The position numbers and the translations under genes were made by a program. Positions 46,878-56,176 of a DNA stretch of 64,000 nucleotides are shown piece after piece. Origin of the DNA: a virus; the IMG/VR virus record IMGVR_UViG_3300034105_001970; one strand, 5' to 3'. The notes beneath the pieces were generated by a model. It did no database searches and was not told the origin of the DNA. It was given only the letters and a program-made list of their open reading frames with translations. Position 1 is the first letter of the stretch. Every line of letters begins with the position of its first letter.

Positions 46878-47647
46878 ATAAGTTATGGATTTTCGGTGAT
46901 AGTTTTTCACATGGGCACGGCTTTAATAATTCTGACCCATTCTATGAAGTTACTTTATCCGATGATATTGATAAAAGATATTGGTGTGAAATAGTAGCAC
47001 ATGAATTAAATTTGGAACTACATAATCACGCTAGAGTAGGTGCATCCAATGACTATATATTGGACAACATTTTAAATAACGCAGATAAGATTGGAGAAAA
47101 CGATTATGTTGTAATCCAAGCTACATATTATAGTAGATTTGATGTTCCACACAAAAGCTCATTTAGTTTTTTACATACAATTGTTAGATATGATGATAGT
47201 AGACATATTAACGTAAACTTAATAGGTGATGATGATATGACTGACCATAAACACGAAACATTAGTAGATTTTGCAGTTTATTTTGCAGGATTACCGGCAT
47301 ACAAACACAGACAACTTAATAGATTTGAAAAATTAATAAATTTACTAAAAACAAAAAATGTTGTATTTTGGTGTTTAGAATCTCCAGATTCTCCAAATAT
47401 ACATGAAATTGAAATTCTAAAAAAACCATACTTTCTTAAATTTGAGAACAAATATATAGGTGGAGAGGATTGTTTCAAAGAACACAAAGCAACTATTTCC
47501 GATGAAAGTAATGGTAAGATGCAAGATGGACATATTGGTGTAAAAGGACAACAAATCATGTCAGTAGAAATACTAAAAAAGTTTAACCAACGAATGGCTA
47601 ATCATTTTTTTGAACATATTAATACTTATAGGAAATCGTTATTATGA
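46874..47647 (+). CDS. SGNH/GDSL-hydrolase-like paralogue
   Basis: LWIFGDSFSHGHG (GDS-x-x-xG), QDGHIGVKGQQIM (DGxH). Confidence 0.55.
   Translation: MNKLWIFGDSFSHGHGFNNSDPFYEVTLSDDIDKRYWCEIVAHELNLELHNHARVGASNDYILDNILNNADKIGENDYVVIQATYYSRFDVPHKSSFSFLHTIVRYDDSRHINVNLIGDDDMTDHKHETLVDFAVYFAGLPAYKHRQLNRFEKLINLLKTKNVVFWCLESPDSPNIHEIEILKKPYFLKFENKYIGGEDCFKEHKATISDESNGKMQDGHIGVKGQQIMSVEILKKFNQRMANHFFEHINTYRKSLL
47588..47647 (+). repeat. 60-bp direct repeat, copy 2
   Basis: See 46818-46877. Confidence 0.7.
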
Positions 47648-48375
47648 AAGTTTTAGTTATCGGTGATAGTTGTACTGATGTATTTGTATATGGTTATTGT
47701 AAAAGATTATGTCCCGAAGGACCTGTGCCAATATTTGAACCGAGTAGAACAATTACCAATATGGGTATGAGTGGTAATGTAGTAGCTAATCTTAAATCGT
47801 TGGGAGCTGAGAAAGTTGAGTTGGTTACTAACAAAGAACAAATTACAAAGACTAGATATGTAGAGGAAAAAGCAAATCATATGATTATCAGAATTGATAG
47901 TAATGATAAGGTTAGTAATTCATTTGATGTAAAAAGAGTTCCATTCAATGATTATGATGCAGTTATTGTAAGTGATTATGACAAAGGATTTCTATCATTA
48001 TCAGATTTGAAATTGATTAGTGATTCACATCCATTAACTTTTATAGATACAAAGAAACCATTATCAGCAGAAATGCGTAATTATACATTCATTAAGATAA
48101 ATGAAGTTGAGTGGGAAAATTGTAAAGGACAGGAATACGAAATGTGGCGAGAAAGATTAATTATAACAATGAGTGAACGAGGTGCAATGTATGATGGTAT
48201 TACATATCCGGTTAACAACGATATTGAGGTTAGAGATTTGAGTGGTGCAGGTGATACCTTTATGGCTTCATTAGTAGTTAGTTATTTAAAAACAAAAAGT
48301 ATAGAAGTTAGTATTGAATACGCAAATGATTGTGCAACAAAAGTTGTACAAAAACGTGGTGTAGTTACATTGTAA
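47644..48375 (+). CDS. PfkB-family sugar kinase, RfaE domain I / HldA-like (heptose 7-phosphate kinase family)
   Basis: VLVIGDSCTDVFVYGYCKRLCPEGPVPIF aligns with RfaE-I N-terminus (ILVVGD...SPEAPVPV); DLSGAGDTFMASLV anion-hole/GAGD motif. Confidence 0.7.
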   Translation: MKVLVIGDSCTDVFVYGYCKRLCPEGPVPIFEPSRTITNMGMSGNVVANLKSLGAEKVELVTNKEQITKTRYVEEKANHMIIRIDSNDKVSNSFDVKRVPFNDYDAVIVSDYDKGFLSLSDLKLISDSHPLTFIDTKKPLSAEMRNYTFIKINEVEWENCKGQEYEMWRERLIITMSERGAMYDGITYPVNNDIEVRDLSGAGDTFMASLVVSYLKTKSIEVSIEYANDCATKVVQKRGVVTL

Positions 48376-48410
48376 TAATAAAAACATATATTTATATAAA
48401 ACAAAACAAA

Positions 48411-48677
48411 ATGATAAATTTAGAAGCATTTGGACCATTTTTAGAGCACGCTGGAAATGTAGAATTAGTAGAAGCAAAATTATTTGGACTTATTGTATTA
48501 AATAAAGATAATACATTTTCAACAATAACAATTGCTGAAGACGAATTAGTGAAATACGAACATGTTAATTTTTTAGACATCGAAGATGATGAATTAAAAG
48601 AAAGATTAGTAGAAGAAGCACATTTAGTAAGTATTTCAAATCCAGCATGGCCTATTGCTAAGTTGATTGAATGGTAG
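48411..48677 (+). CDS. hypothetical small acidic protein
   Basis: Track ORF 48330 overlaps the kinase; first in-frame ATG after kinase stop is 48411. Confidence 0.3.
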   Translation: MINLEAFGPFLEHAGNVELVEAKLFGLIVLNKDNTFSTITIAEDELVKYEHVNFLDIEDDELKERLVEEAHLVSISNPAWPIAKLIEW

Positions 48678-48694
48678 TATATTAATACTAAATA

Positions 48695-49426
48695 ATGGTT
48701 ACACAAAATAAATTATGGTGCTTCGGTGATTCGTTTACCGCAGGTGATGGGTGTATTCGGTCACCTAAAGAAAACCCATATTCACCAACTACGATTTCGT
48801 ATAGAAAATATTTAAACAAACAGGATGGAGAGGAAATTCTAATCTATCCTGATTATGTGTCTAACCATTTCAATTTAGAATTAATCAATACAGCTAGTGG
48901 TGGTGCATCAAATGAAATGATATTTGATAATGTATTTACACATATAAAAGATATAAAGAAAGATGATTATATTATAATTGGAATATCTTATTTTGAAAGA
49001 TTTGATGTTTTCATAAATAATATATTATCACCAACTAACATAAATAGTATATCAACAACATCGGATATTGTATTTCAAAATAATGCTTTAAGTAGACAAG
49101 GATTATTAGAAATTGTAAACAATAGAAATAATAAAGTATTTAAAGATAGATTGATTCGACAAATCAAAGCAGTAAAATATTTATTAAATTCGATATGTGA
49201 TAATGTATGTATATGGACACATGATAATGATATATTAGATGGTGTAGATACCGACGTATTTTTAATACCAGATAAATATAAAAAATTTAGTTCATTTGTA
49301 TATGATAATAAAATGGCATTAGCACAAGAAACAAATGGTGAGGTTCCCGATGGACATTTTGGTGCACCCGGTCACAAACTTTGGGCAGATATTATAATAA
49401 AATATTTTGAAAATGGAACAAAATAA
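48695..49426 (+). CDS. SGNH/GDSL-hydrolase-like paralogue
   Basis: LWCFGDSFTAGDG and PDGHFGAPGHKLWADII. Confidence 0.55.
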   Translation: MVTQNKLWCFGDSFTAGDGCIRSPKENPYSPTTISYRKYLNKQDGEEILIYPDYVSNHFNLELINTASGGASNEMIFDNVFTHIKDIKKDDYIIIGISYFERFDVFINNILSPTNINSISTTSDIVFQNNALSRQGLLEIVNNRNNKVFKDRLIRQIKAVKYLLNSICDNVCIWTHDNDILDGVDTDVFLIPDKYKKFSSFVYDNKMALAQETNGEVPDGHFGAPGHKLWADIIIKYFENGTK

Positions 49427-50090
49427 TATTTGGATATTTGGATGTTCACATTCTACTACTATTTGGAAAGATGAAGCAAAAACCGATGGTATAAAACCAT
49501 ATGGAAAATATTTAAGTGAATGGTTTGATTTAAAATATAATCAACCGGATAAGAGTGGACAAGGTAATGATAGTATTGTTACCGAAATCTTTAAAAATAT
49601 CAATAACATAAAAAAAGATGATTTACTAATAGTACAATTTACACATTTTAGTAGGTCCGTTTGGTATGATACACAGCAAAAAGAAATATACAACGGTGCA
49701 TGGGCAGAACGTAAAGGAATTAATCCAAATCCAAATGATATTAATAATGAAAGTTGGTATAAAATTACAGACCTAAAATCACAACATCCAATAATACAAA
49801 CACATATTTTCTTAAAAGAATTAAGTAAATTGATTGGATTTAAATATTATGTGTTTTTCTATGAAGATTGGATGTGTAAAGATTACGAATACTTTTTTAG
49901 AGAGGATGTAAATTCAAAAGTTACAATAAAATTTGGTGATGAACAATTTAATACATTGGGTAGATACACTAAGCATTATAAATTAACAACTTTGGCGGAA
50001 AGTGGTGAAATGCAAGATGGTCATATGAGTACGGAATCACATAGACGAGTTGCAGAAATGATACACAAATACATAAATGAAAATGGATAA
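49407..50090 (+). CDS. SGNH/GDSL-hydrolase-like paralogue
   Basis: IWIFGCSHSTTI and QDGHMSTESHRRVAEMI. Confidence 0.5.
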   Translation: MKMEQNNIWIFGCSHSTTIWKDEAKTDGIKPYGKYLSEWFDLKYNQPDKSGQGNDSIVTEIFKNINNIKKDDLLIVQFTHFSRSVWYDTQQKEIYNGAWAERKGINPNPNDINNESWYKITDLKSQHPIIQTHIFLKELSKLIGFKYYVFFYEDWMCKDYEYFFREDVNSKVTIKFGDEQFNTLGRYTKHYKLTTLAESGEMQDGHMSTESHRRVAEMIHKYINENG

Positions 50091-50871
50091 GTTATACATA
50101 TATGGATGTTCACATAGTGCCGGCAATCTATTAGGATATTCACACTTTGAAGATCCAGGATTACCTAGAATAAAGAATGATATTAATTTTATGGAAACTG
50201 ACTATACCAAATGGTTAGGTAGAAAGGGAATGCCATTTTTTGAAATAATAGCAAATGAATTGAACTTAGATTGGATATTAAGAGCAGAAGGTGGTGATAG
50301 TAATTCACAACAATTTAAAAAGCTATTAAAAGACCTACCAAATATAAAAGAAAATGATGTTGTATTATTTCAATTAACACATTATCATAGATTTGAAGTT
50401 CCGTATAAAAACAATGAAGGAAAGTGGGAAACTACTGCATTTCAAGCCGGCGGTAGTTTAAAATATGATAATGATAAATATCGTCAATTTTATATGGCAC
50501 ATTTAGATTTTGAAGATTGGATATCGATAAATTCTGTTGTAATAATATTATCATTATTAAATTACATTAAAAGTAATGTAACTAAAAATGTATTTTTATG
50601 GAGTTATCCAAATATAGAGCAGTGTATAAAAGAAAATACATCTATATTAAATTTTCCTAATTTAATTAAATTTGAATGTGACAGAGGAATTGTAGAAACG
50701 GCATATGAATGTAGTAATCATATAGATTGGAATACTGATTTGATTATTGAATTTGAAACTAATAAAATAGTAAAAGATTCACATTTTGGAGAAACTGGAC
50801 ATAAATTTATAGCCAAAAACATACTTAATTACATAAATCATAATACTTATATAAAAGAAAAAGGAGATTAA
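50077..50871 (+). CDS. SGNH/GDSL-hydrolase-like paralogue
   Basis: LYIYGCSHSAGN and KDSHFGETGHKFIAKNI. Confidence 0.5.
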   Translation: MKMDKLYIYGCSHSAGNLLGYSHFEDPGLPRIKNDINFMETDYTKWLGRKGMPFFEIIANELNLDWILRAEGGDSNSQQFKKLLKDLPNIKENDVVLFQLTHYHRFEVPYKNNEGKWETTAFQAGGSLKYDNDKYRQFYMAHLDFEDWISINSVVIILSLLNYIKSNVTKNVFLWSYPNIEQCIKENTSILNFPNLIKFECDRGIVETAYECSNHIDWNTDLIIEFETNKIVKDSHFGETGHKFIAKNILNYINHNTYIKEKGD

Positions 50872-50874
50872 AAA

Positions 50875-51213
50875 ATGTCAGAATTAATAACAAGAGAAGT
50901 TAAATACGCTGGATTCAGAGAATTATCAGATGCAAATGAAGCATTGTATCAAGCTGGACAAGTTGGTGTTACATTAGTAAATGAAGATGGAACTATATTC
51001 ACAGCAGCTGTGTTAAGTATGGATGAGTTTGAAACCGACAGATACTTAGTTATCACTCCAAATGATAAAGTAAAAGCATCAGCAGCATCAGTAGCAAACC
51101 CTGGATATTGTTTTGTTTGGGATAAAGATGTGAATGGTGTGCATGCAGATGATGTACATGAGACAGGTGTTGGACCAGTTGTAGAAATTCCAGTAGAAGA
51201 AGTAACTGAATAA
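50875..51213 (+). CDS. hypothetical protein
   Basis: 112-aa ORF followed by terminator. Confidence 0.4.
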   Translation: MSELITREVKYAGFRELSDANEALYQAGQVGVTLVNEDGTIFTAAVLSMDEFETDRYLVITPNDKVKASAASVANPGYCFVWDKDVNGVHADDVHETGVGPVVEIPVEEVTE

Positions 51214-51235
51214 TATTATATATTTATATTAACAA

Positions 51236-51266
51236 TAGGGGTAATTAAAAAATACCCCTATTTTTG
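51236..51266 (+). terminator. intrinsic terminator
   Basis: TAGGGGTA / TACCCCTA 8-bp stem, 9-nt loop, TTTTTG. Confidence 0.65.
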
Positions 51267-51275
51267 TTTGGTATA

Positions 51276-51506
51276 ATGGATAACTTATTGTATATTTACA
51301 TTATGAATATATTTAGAAAAATAAAGCAATTCTTTAAGCCTGAATATCATTTCTTTATGTTAAAAAATGGCGAGGAGCTAGAACTAAGAGTATATCGTAA
51401 TGGTATAAGAGTTTCACAAAAAGAATTAATGACTACTAAAAGAGGCAGTAAAGTATTAGGTGATTATTTAGCAGAACAAAAAGCAAAAGAAACAAAATCT
51501 AAATAA
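51276..51506 (+). CDS. hypothetical small protein (start moved out of terminator)
   Basis: Track ORF starts at TTG 51264 inside terminator T-run; first ATG 51276 (MDNLLYIY). Confidence 0.3.
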   Translation: MDNLLYIYIMNIFRKIKQFFKPEYHFFMLKNGEELELRVYRNGIRVSQKELMTTKRGSKVLGDYLAEQKAKETKSK

Positions 51507-51507
51507 T

Positions 51508-51777
51508 ATGTTTCAATTAAATAGACAATTGATGAAGTTTAATGATAAACTATATATCGTTAAAAAAACAATCGATGGTGAACGCATAAATGATTTAGAA
51601 TTAGCCAAAGAATATTACGAAGCTGATTACATATTAAGACCCAAAACATCCAACGATTATATATTTTTAGAAACAATACAAGATTTAGAATATGAGCAAA
51701 TCAATGAGTCAAAAGGACATCCTATTGCAGAACATAATGAAGTCCGACAAGAAGAAGCAGAACAAGATAGTATCTAA
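51508..51777 (+). CDS. hypothetical small protein
   Basis: 89-aa ORF, 1-nt spacing. Confidence 0.3.
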   Translation: MFQLNRQLMKFNDKLYIVKKTIDGERINDLELAKEYYEADYILRPKTSNDYIFLETIQDLEYEQINESKGHPIAEHNEVRQEEAEQDSI

Positions 51778-51849
51778 CAATTCAGTTGGTAAAACTAATA
51801 CCAAAGGTACAATAGATGTAAAGGCTAAGAATAGAAAATCACAATAACA

Positions 51850-51881
51850 TTTGGTAGTTTGAATAATTTATCGTATCTTTA
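51850..51881 (+). promoter_or_regulatory. Bacteroidota-type promoter
   Basis: aTTTGGTAg-N20-TATCTTTA upstream of SPFH gene. Confidence 0.5.
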
Positions 51882-51895
51882 TAAAAATAAAGGTT

Positions 51896-52450
51896 ATGTT
51901 TGATAAATTAATAGCAGTAATACAACAATTTGGACATTCAATAATGCCCGTATTCGTAGTGGATATGTGGGAAAAGGCATTGGTATTAAGATTCGGTAAG
52001 TTTAATGATATAAAAGATCCGGGTTTACATTGGAAAATACCATTTGTAGATTCAGTATGGCATCAAACCATTGTAACACAATCAATACATTTGCATCCAC
52101 AATCAATCACATCATTAGATTATAGAAATATAGTAGTAAGAGCAATTGTTAGGTATGATATTGCAGATGCATATTTGTTTTTAACTAAGTTAGCACACCC
52201 GACTGATGTATTGGTAGACACAACGGGTGCAATGATTAGAGAAATTATTGAGGAACGAAATTGGGAAGACTTGATTGATATAGAAGTTGAATTAACCAAA
52301 ACAATTGGTGCTAAAGTTAAAGAGTGGGGTATTAATATAGAAAAGGTCACTTTAACCGATTTAGCTGAAATCAATTCAATCAGAGTTATAACCGATGGTG
52401 ATAACAATAGACAATCAATAGTTCCATTAACCGATACAACCAATAGCTAA
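51896..52450 (+). CDS. SPFH/band-7 (stomatin/prohibitin/HflK-like) domain protein
   Basis: N-terminal hydrophobic anchor; GLHWKIPFVDSV...VVRAIVRYDIADAYLF...IREIIEE pattern typical of SPFH. Confidence 0.55.
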   Translation: MFDKLIAVIQQFGHSIMPVFVVDMWEKALVLRFGKFNDIKDPGLHWKIPFVDSVWHQTIVTQSIHLHPQSITSLDYRNIVVRAIVRYDIADAYLFLTKLAHPTDVLVDTTGAMIREIIEERNWEDLIDIEVELTKTIGAKVKEWGINIEKVTLTDLAEINSIRVITDGDNNRQSIVPLTDTTNS

Positions 52451-52451
52451 T

Positions 52452-52733
52452 ATGAAAAGTAGACGTAACAAACACAAAGGGGATGGTGAAATAAGAAAAG
52501 TATTTATGCAGCAACTTATAAACACATTAAAGGATAGTGAGTTTATGGAAGGAGTAATGAATGAATTGATTGCATTATATAATCAAAATACAGATGAACA
52601 AAACCAATTAGAATTTGATGAAAGTATGTTACCTGATATGTTAGCGGTATGTGTAGAGAATGAGCAATATGAAATCGCAGCGAGAATACATAAACAAATG
52701 ACTAAAACCGAAACAAATGTTGAAGCAAGATAA
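52452..52733 (+). CDS. hypothetical protein
   Basis: 93-aa ORF. Confidence 0.3.
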   Translation: MKSRRNKHKGDGEIRKVFMQQLINTLKDSEFMEGVMNELIALYNQNTDEQNQLEFDESMLPDMLAVCVENEQYEIAARIHKQMTKTETNVEAR

Positions 52734-52977
52734 GGAAGGATATTATATAGTTGAATCGGCATTGGATTTAAAACAATACCATAGAATGACAGATTTAACT
52801 ATGCGAGAGAAAATTCAATTAAGAGCAGAATTGAATCCAGAAAAGGTAAAGGTAAAGAAATCAAACCCTAAACAAATGGATGGTGTTAAGAGTGATGAAC
52901 CTTTTGTAAAAACAAGAAAGATAACAAAGAAAGTAGACAGACCAGAGCCAACTGAATTTGATAAATGGTTTAATTAA
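52717..52977 (+). CDS. hypothetical basic protein
   Basis: 86-aa Lys-rich ORF. Confidence 0.3.
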   Translation: MLKQDKEGYYIVESALDLKQYHRMTDLTMREKIQLRAELNPEKVKVKKSNPKQMDGVKSDEPFVKTRKITKKVDRPEPTEFDKWFN

Positions 52978-53170
52978 TATGGAAAAACATTACGCAAAAG
53001 AAATAATAGCATGGGCAGAGGAAGCTAAAGAAACATTATTAATTCGTAAAGAAATAATATTAGATGATGATTTAACCGATGAACAATTAGGTGCTATTGT
53101 TAGAATAATGTATCGTGCAAAAGTAAGAGCAGAAAATGATTCAATTGAAAGATGTAAAAAATTTATATGA
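52958..53170 (+). CDS. hypothetical small protein
   Basis: 70-aa ORF. Confidence 0.3.
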   Translation: MINGLINMEKHYAKEIIAWAEEAKETLLIRKEIILDDDLTDEQLGAIVRIMYRAKVRAENDSIERCKKFI

Positions 53171-53994
53171 CAAACAAACATAATATAGAAATCGTATTTG
53201 CAACCGGATGTTCACATAGTGCAGGTGGCGGATTAGAAACTATTAAGTATGCAGACGATAAGGTAACATTAGTACGTGATATCTACAAAGAAAAATACAA
53301 TGTATGGTGGGATAATCAATTAGAAGTTACATATGCTAGTAGATTAGCAGATATGCTAGGATGTAAGGTAGAAAACAAAGCAGCAAGTGGTGGTGGAACT
53401 GGTAGAGCAGTTAGAGAGGCATTTGATTTTGTAAAAAGAAATTGGGATAAAAAAGATAAGTTACTATTGTTATTAGAATTACCCGCATACTTTCATAGAT
53501 TAGATATGTATTCAACCAATCTAAATAGTTGGGTAGTAGTAAATCATTCAGTTAATGAGAATGGTGTAAGAGACCATATATACGCAACACGTGGGTATTA
53601 TATGGATGGGCACCATGGTGATTTTAAAAATACAAATAAAGATGGTGCATTAGAAAAATACTTAGATAACTTTATAGATTATGATATTGAAGTTGCTAAA
53701 ATGAATAGAGAGGCAGAGATGTTATTGACATTTTTAAAATACCATAAAATTAAATTTATATATTTTGAAGGTGGTCAAAAACTAAAAGGTGTTTTGGATA
53801 AATCATTATTATCAAACGAATTAAATATAGAAGGGCATACTGATTTTCATCATTGGATAATGAAAAACGGATATACTATAAAGGATGAATTAGGTGCTGA
53901 TATATTAAACGATTTACATCCTGGTTATTTCGGCAACATAAAGTTTGCTGAGTTTTTATATGGATATGTAAATGAAAATTGGGATATATTATAA
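53167..53994 (+). CDS. SGNH/GDSL-hydrolase-like paralogue (divergent)
   Basis: IVFATGCSHSAGGG block I variant; C-terminal LHPGYFGNIKFAEFL. Confidence 0.45.
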   Translation: MTNKHNIEIVFATGCSHSAGGGLETIKYADDKVTLVRDIYKEKYNVWWDNQLEVTYASRLADMLGCKVENKAASGGGTGRAVREAFDFVKRNWDKKDKLLLLLELPAYFHRLDMYSTNLNSWVVVNHSVNENGVRDHIYATRGYYMDGHHGDFKNTNKDGALEKYLDNFIDYDIEVAKMNREAEMLLTFLKYHKIKFIYFEGGQKLKGVLDKSLLSNELNIEGHTDFHHWIMKNGYTIKDELGADILNDLHPGYFGNIKFAEFLYGYVNENWDIL

Positions 53995-54776
53995 TGAAAG
54001 GATATTTTTTACCAGATTATAATATTGCACTACAATTTACTAATAAAACAGGTAGTTTACAAATGATAAATACCTTTATGTTATTTTTTAATTACAATAA
54101 TATAAAATATGAGGAGGCTACTATATTATATAATTCACCTAATCCATTTGATGAAAAAACGCAATTTTATATTTTTACAAGAAATCCAATAGATAGATTT
54201 ATTACAACGTATAATTGGTTTATGAATTCAATTGATGGACCGGAAAATGTTTTAAATTTAAAAAAGAAATATAACATACCTGATATAGAATCATATATCA
54301 ATAACTATACTAAGATAATGTACGAAATAGATGATACACATTATCAACCACAAATATTTGAAATTTTAGCGTTTGAACGAAATAAGTTTAATTTTGATTC
54401 AAAATCAATAAAAGATTCTCTTTTTAAAGGATATAATACTAATTATACATTTCTAAATATGGAAATGATTTCAACATTTTTAGAAAATTTTACAAATACA
54501 TATCAATATTCGCATGGTAATCTTTTAGATTTATCGTTACCTAAAACGGATTACGAATGCAAACTAATATTAGATTTAATACCAGAATTTGTATCTATGG
54601 ATATAGAATCAAAAAAACATTTTAATTTTTTATATTTGGCAATTAAATCAATTTTAGACAAAGGTCATCATCATACTAATAGCAGAATTGAATTAGATAC
54701 TCCAAAACTCCGTGCAATTATAGGAAAAATACCTATTATTAAAATAGAAACACAATTATATGGATATTCTTTATAG
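53979..54776 (+). CDS. carbohydrate-sulfotransferase-like protein (Sulfotransfer_2-like)
   Basis: FTNKTGSL (5'-PSB-like K-T-G-S) and FYIFTRNPIDRFITTY matching the CHST 3'-PB motif F-x-F-V-R-D-P-F-E-R-L-V-S-A-Y. Confidence 0.45.
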   Translation: MGYIIMKGYFLPDYNIALQFTNKTGSLQMINTFMLFFNYNNIKYEEATILYNSPNPFDEKTQFYIFTRNPIDRFITTYNWFMNSIDGPENVLNLKKKYNIPDIESYINNYTKIMYEIDDTHYQPQIFEILAFERNKFNFDSKSIKDSLFKGYNTNYTFLNMEMISTFLENFTNTYQYSHGNLLDLSLPKTDYECKLILDLIPEFVSMDIESKKHFNFLYLAIKSILDKGHHHTNSRIELDTPKLRAIIGKIPIIKIETQLYGYSL

Positions 54777-54813
54777 TCCGTAAAAGTCTCATATAACAAA
54801 AATATTTAATATG

Positions 54814-54833
54814 TTGCATGTCATGCAAGTCAA
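54814..54833. promoter_or_regulatory. 15-nt palindrome TTGCATGtCATGCAA
   Basis: Perfect inverted repeat just downstream of sulfotransferase stop and upstream of terminator. Confidence 0.3.
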
Positions 54834-54840
54834 TAGCAGT

Positions 54841-54868
54841 AAGGGGTACATAAAAAGTACCCTTTTTC
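54841..54868 (+). terminator. intrinsic terminator
   Basis: AAGGGGTAC-ATAAAAA-GTACCCTTT stem-loop then T-run. Confidence 0.6.
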
Positions 54869-54900
54869 TTTGGTAAAATGGGTAATTTTTCGTATCTTTA
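54869..54900 (+). promoter_or_regulatory. Bacteroidota-type promoter
   Basis: TTTGGTAA-N20-TATCTTTA; ATG 54906 lies only about 6 nt downstream, so the transcript would be leaderless or nearly so. Confidence 0.45.
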
Positions 54901-54905
54901 AGTAT

Positions 54906-55136
54906 ATGAATACAATAGAAATACTAGGATATGTGGCTACAATAGTTACATTAATATCAATGATGGCTAAGAATATGAAACTATTGAGAATATTAAACTC
55001 AATTGGTTGCGTATTATGGATGTCATACGGAATTATACGAAATGATAATCCGGTTATAGTGGTGAATAGTACAATATTGATAATTCATTTAGTATCTTTG
55101 TATAAAACAAAACGAAATGAATCAATGGGTATGTAG
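54906..55136 (+). CDS. small 2-TM membrane protein (holin-like topology)
   Basis: Track ORF 54870 N-terminus is the translated promoter; MNTIEILGYVATIVTLISMM... two TM helices. Confidence 0.35.
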   Translation: MNTIEILGYVATIVTLISMMAKNMKLLRILNSIGCVLWMSYGIIRNDNPVIVVNSTILIIHLVSLYKTKRNESMGM

Positions 55137-55758
55137 TATATGTGGCAATGATACATCTAATACGGATTATGATTACTTAGTTAATTATGACCATATCAGT
55201 TGTTTATTAGGAGTATGGGGTGGCAAAGATGTACCAACAAATAAAAGTAAATTAAAGAAACCTATGAAAATTAAGAATTGGGATAAGACTAGTGGGTTTA
55301 CATACAAAGGTTATACGATAGTTAATCCAATACATAATGCAACAGGTGAATGTTATTATGCAGATGTATTAAATTTAAACTTACCACAAAAACCAAAATG
55401 GCATTTAGAATTATTATTGGGGTGTGGGGGCATAACACCTGCGTATGGTGAACACATACTTAAATTATTGGATGGCAACGGCTTGAATATAAAACACAAA
55501 ATAGAATTAGTTGATATTAGAACTATTGCTTTATTTAGAGTAAGGTATGAGGAAATAATTGATGAAATGTTAAGTAGACAATTAACATCAGCACCAACAC
55601 ATGGTGTTCATTCACCCGGTATAACTACAAATGGAACTAATATTGTTTACACTAATGGTAATACAACATATACACATGGTTCAATAGTAGATACAATAAA
55701 AGAGTTACAAAGACAAATTGATGAATTAAAATTACATACACCATCAAATCCTTTTTAA
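55117..55758 (+). CDS. hypothetical protein
   Basis: 213-aa ORF; N-terminal CSICGND Cys pair. Confidence 0.4.
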   Translation: MNQWVCSICGNDTSNTDYDYLVNYDHISCLLGVWGGKDVPTNKSKLKKPMKIKNWDKTSGFTYKGYTIVNPIHNATGECYYADVLNLNLPQKPKWHLELLLGCGGITPAYGEHILKLLDGNGLNIKHKIELVDIRTIALFRVRYEEIIDEMLSRQLTSAPTHGVHSPGITTNGTNIVYTNGNTTYTHGSIVDTIKELQRQIDELKLHTPSNPF

Positions 55759-55774
55759 CATTAATAAAAATACA

Positions 55775-56095
55775 ATGGAAACAAAAGCATTAAAAAAACT
55801 AAAAGAGGAATTAGAATATTGGAAATACTATGAATCAGTAAACAATATGGGTAAATGGTCTAAGCAAGTACGTGTGGATAAGTTAAAAGAACAAATCGAA
55901 AACTTAGAAACATTAACTGGATTTGCTGCACAATTTTATAGTGGTAGCGATGAAAATGAAAAGTTAATATTCACCGAAGGATTTGTAGAAGCAGTAAGGG
56001 TTATGGGTTCACTAGAACAAGATGAAGTTATTGAAAACGAAAGTGGTAGCTACGATGACTTATTTAATAAAAAAGGTATAGCACATAAAAACTAA
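55775..56095 (+). CDS. hypothetical protein
   Basis: 106-aa ORF. Confidence 0.35.
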   Translation: METKALKKLKEELEYWKYYESVNNMGKWSKQVRVDKLKEQIENLETLTGFAAQFYSGSDENEKLIFTEGFVEAVRVMGSLEQDEVIENESGSYDDLFNKKGIAHKN

Positions 56096-56176
56096 ATGAT
56101 ATGGATTACTCAATGATTGTATTTTGCGGAATGACAATTCTTATATTTGGCATAACAATATTAGATGAAAAAATAA

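Noticed and set aside
54870-54905. Apparent conserved N-terminal peptide IFRIFKY / IYRIFMF in ORFs 54870, 58411 and 19238
   Set aside because: The conservation is the promoter motif TTTCGTATCTTTA(A/T)G read in frame, so the real starts are downstream ATGs (54906, 58462, 19292).
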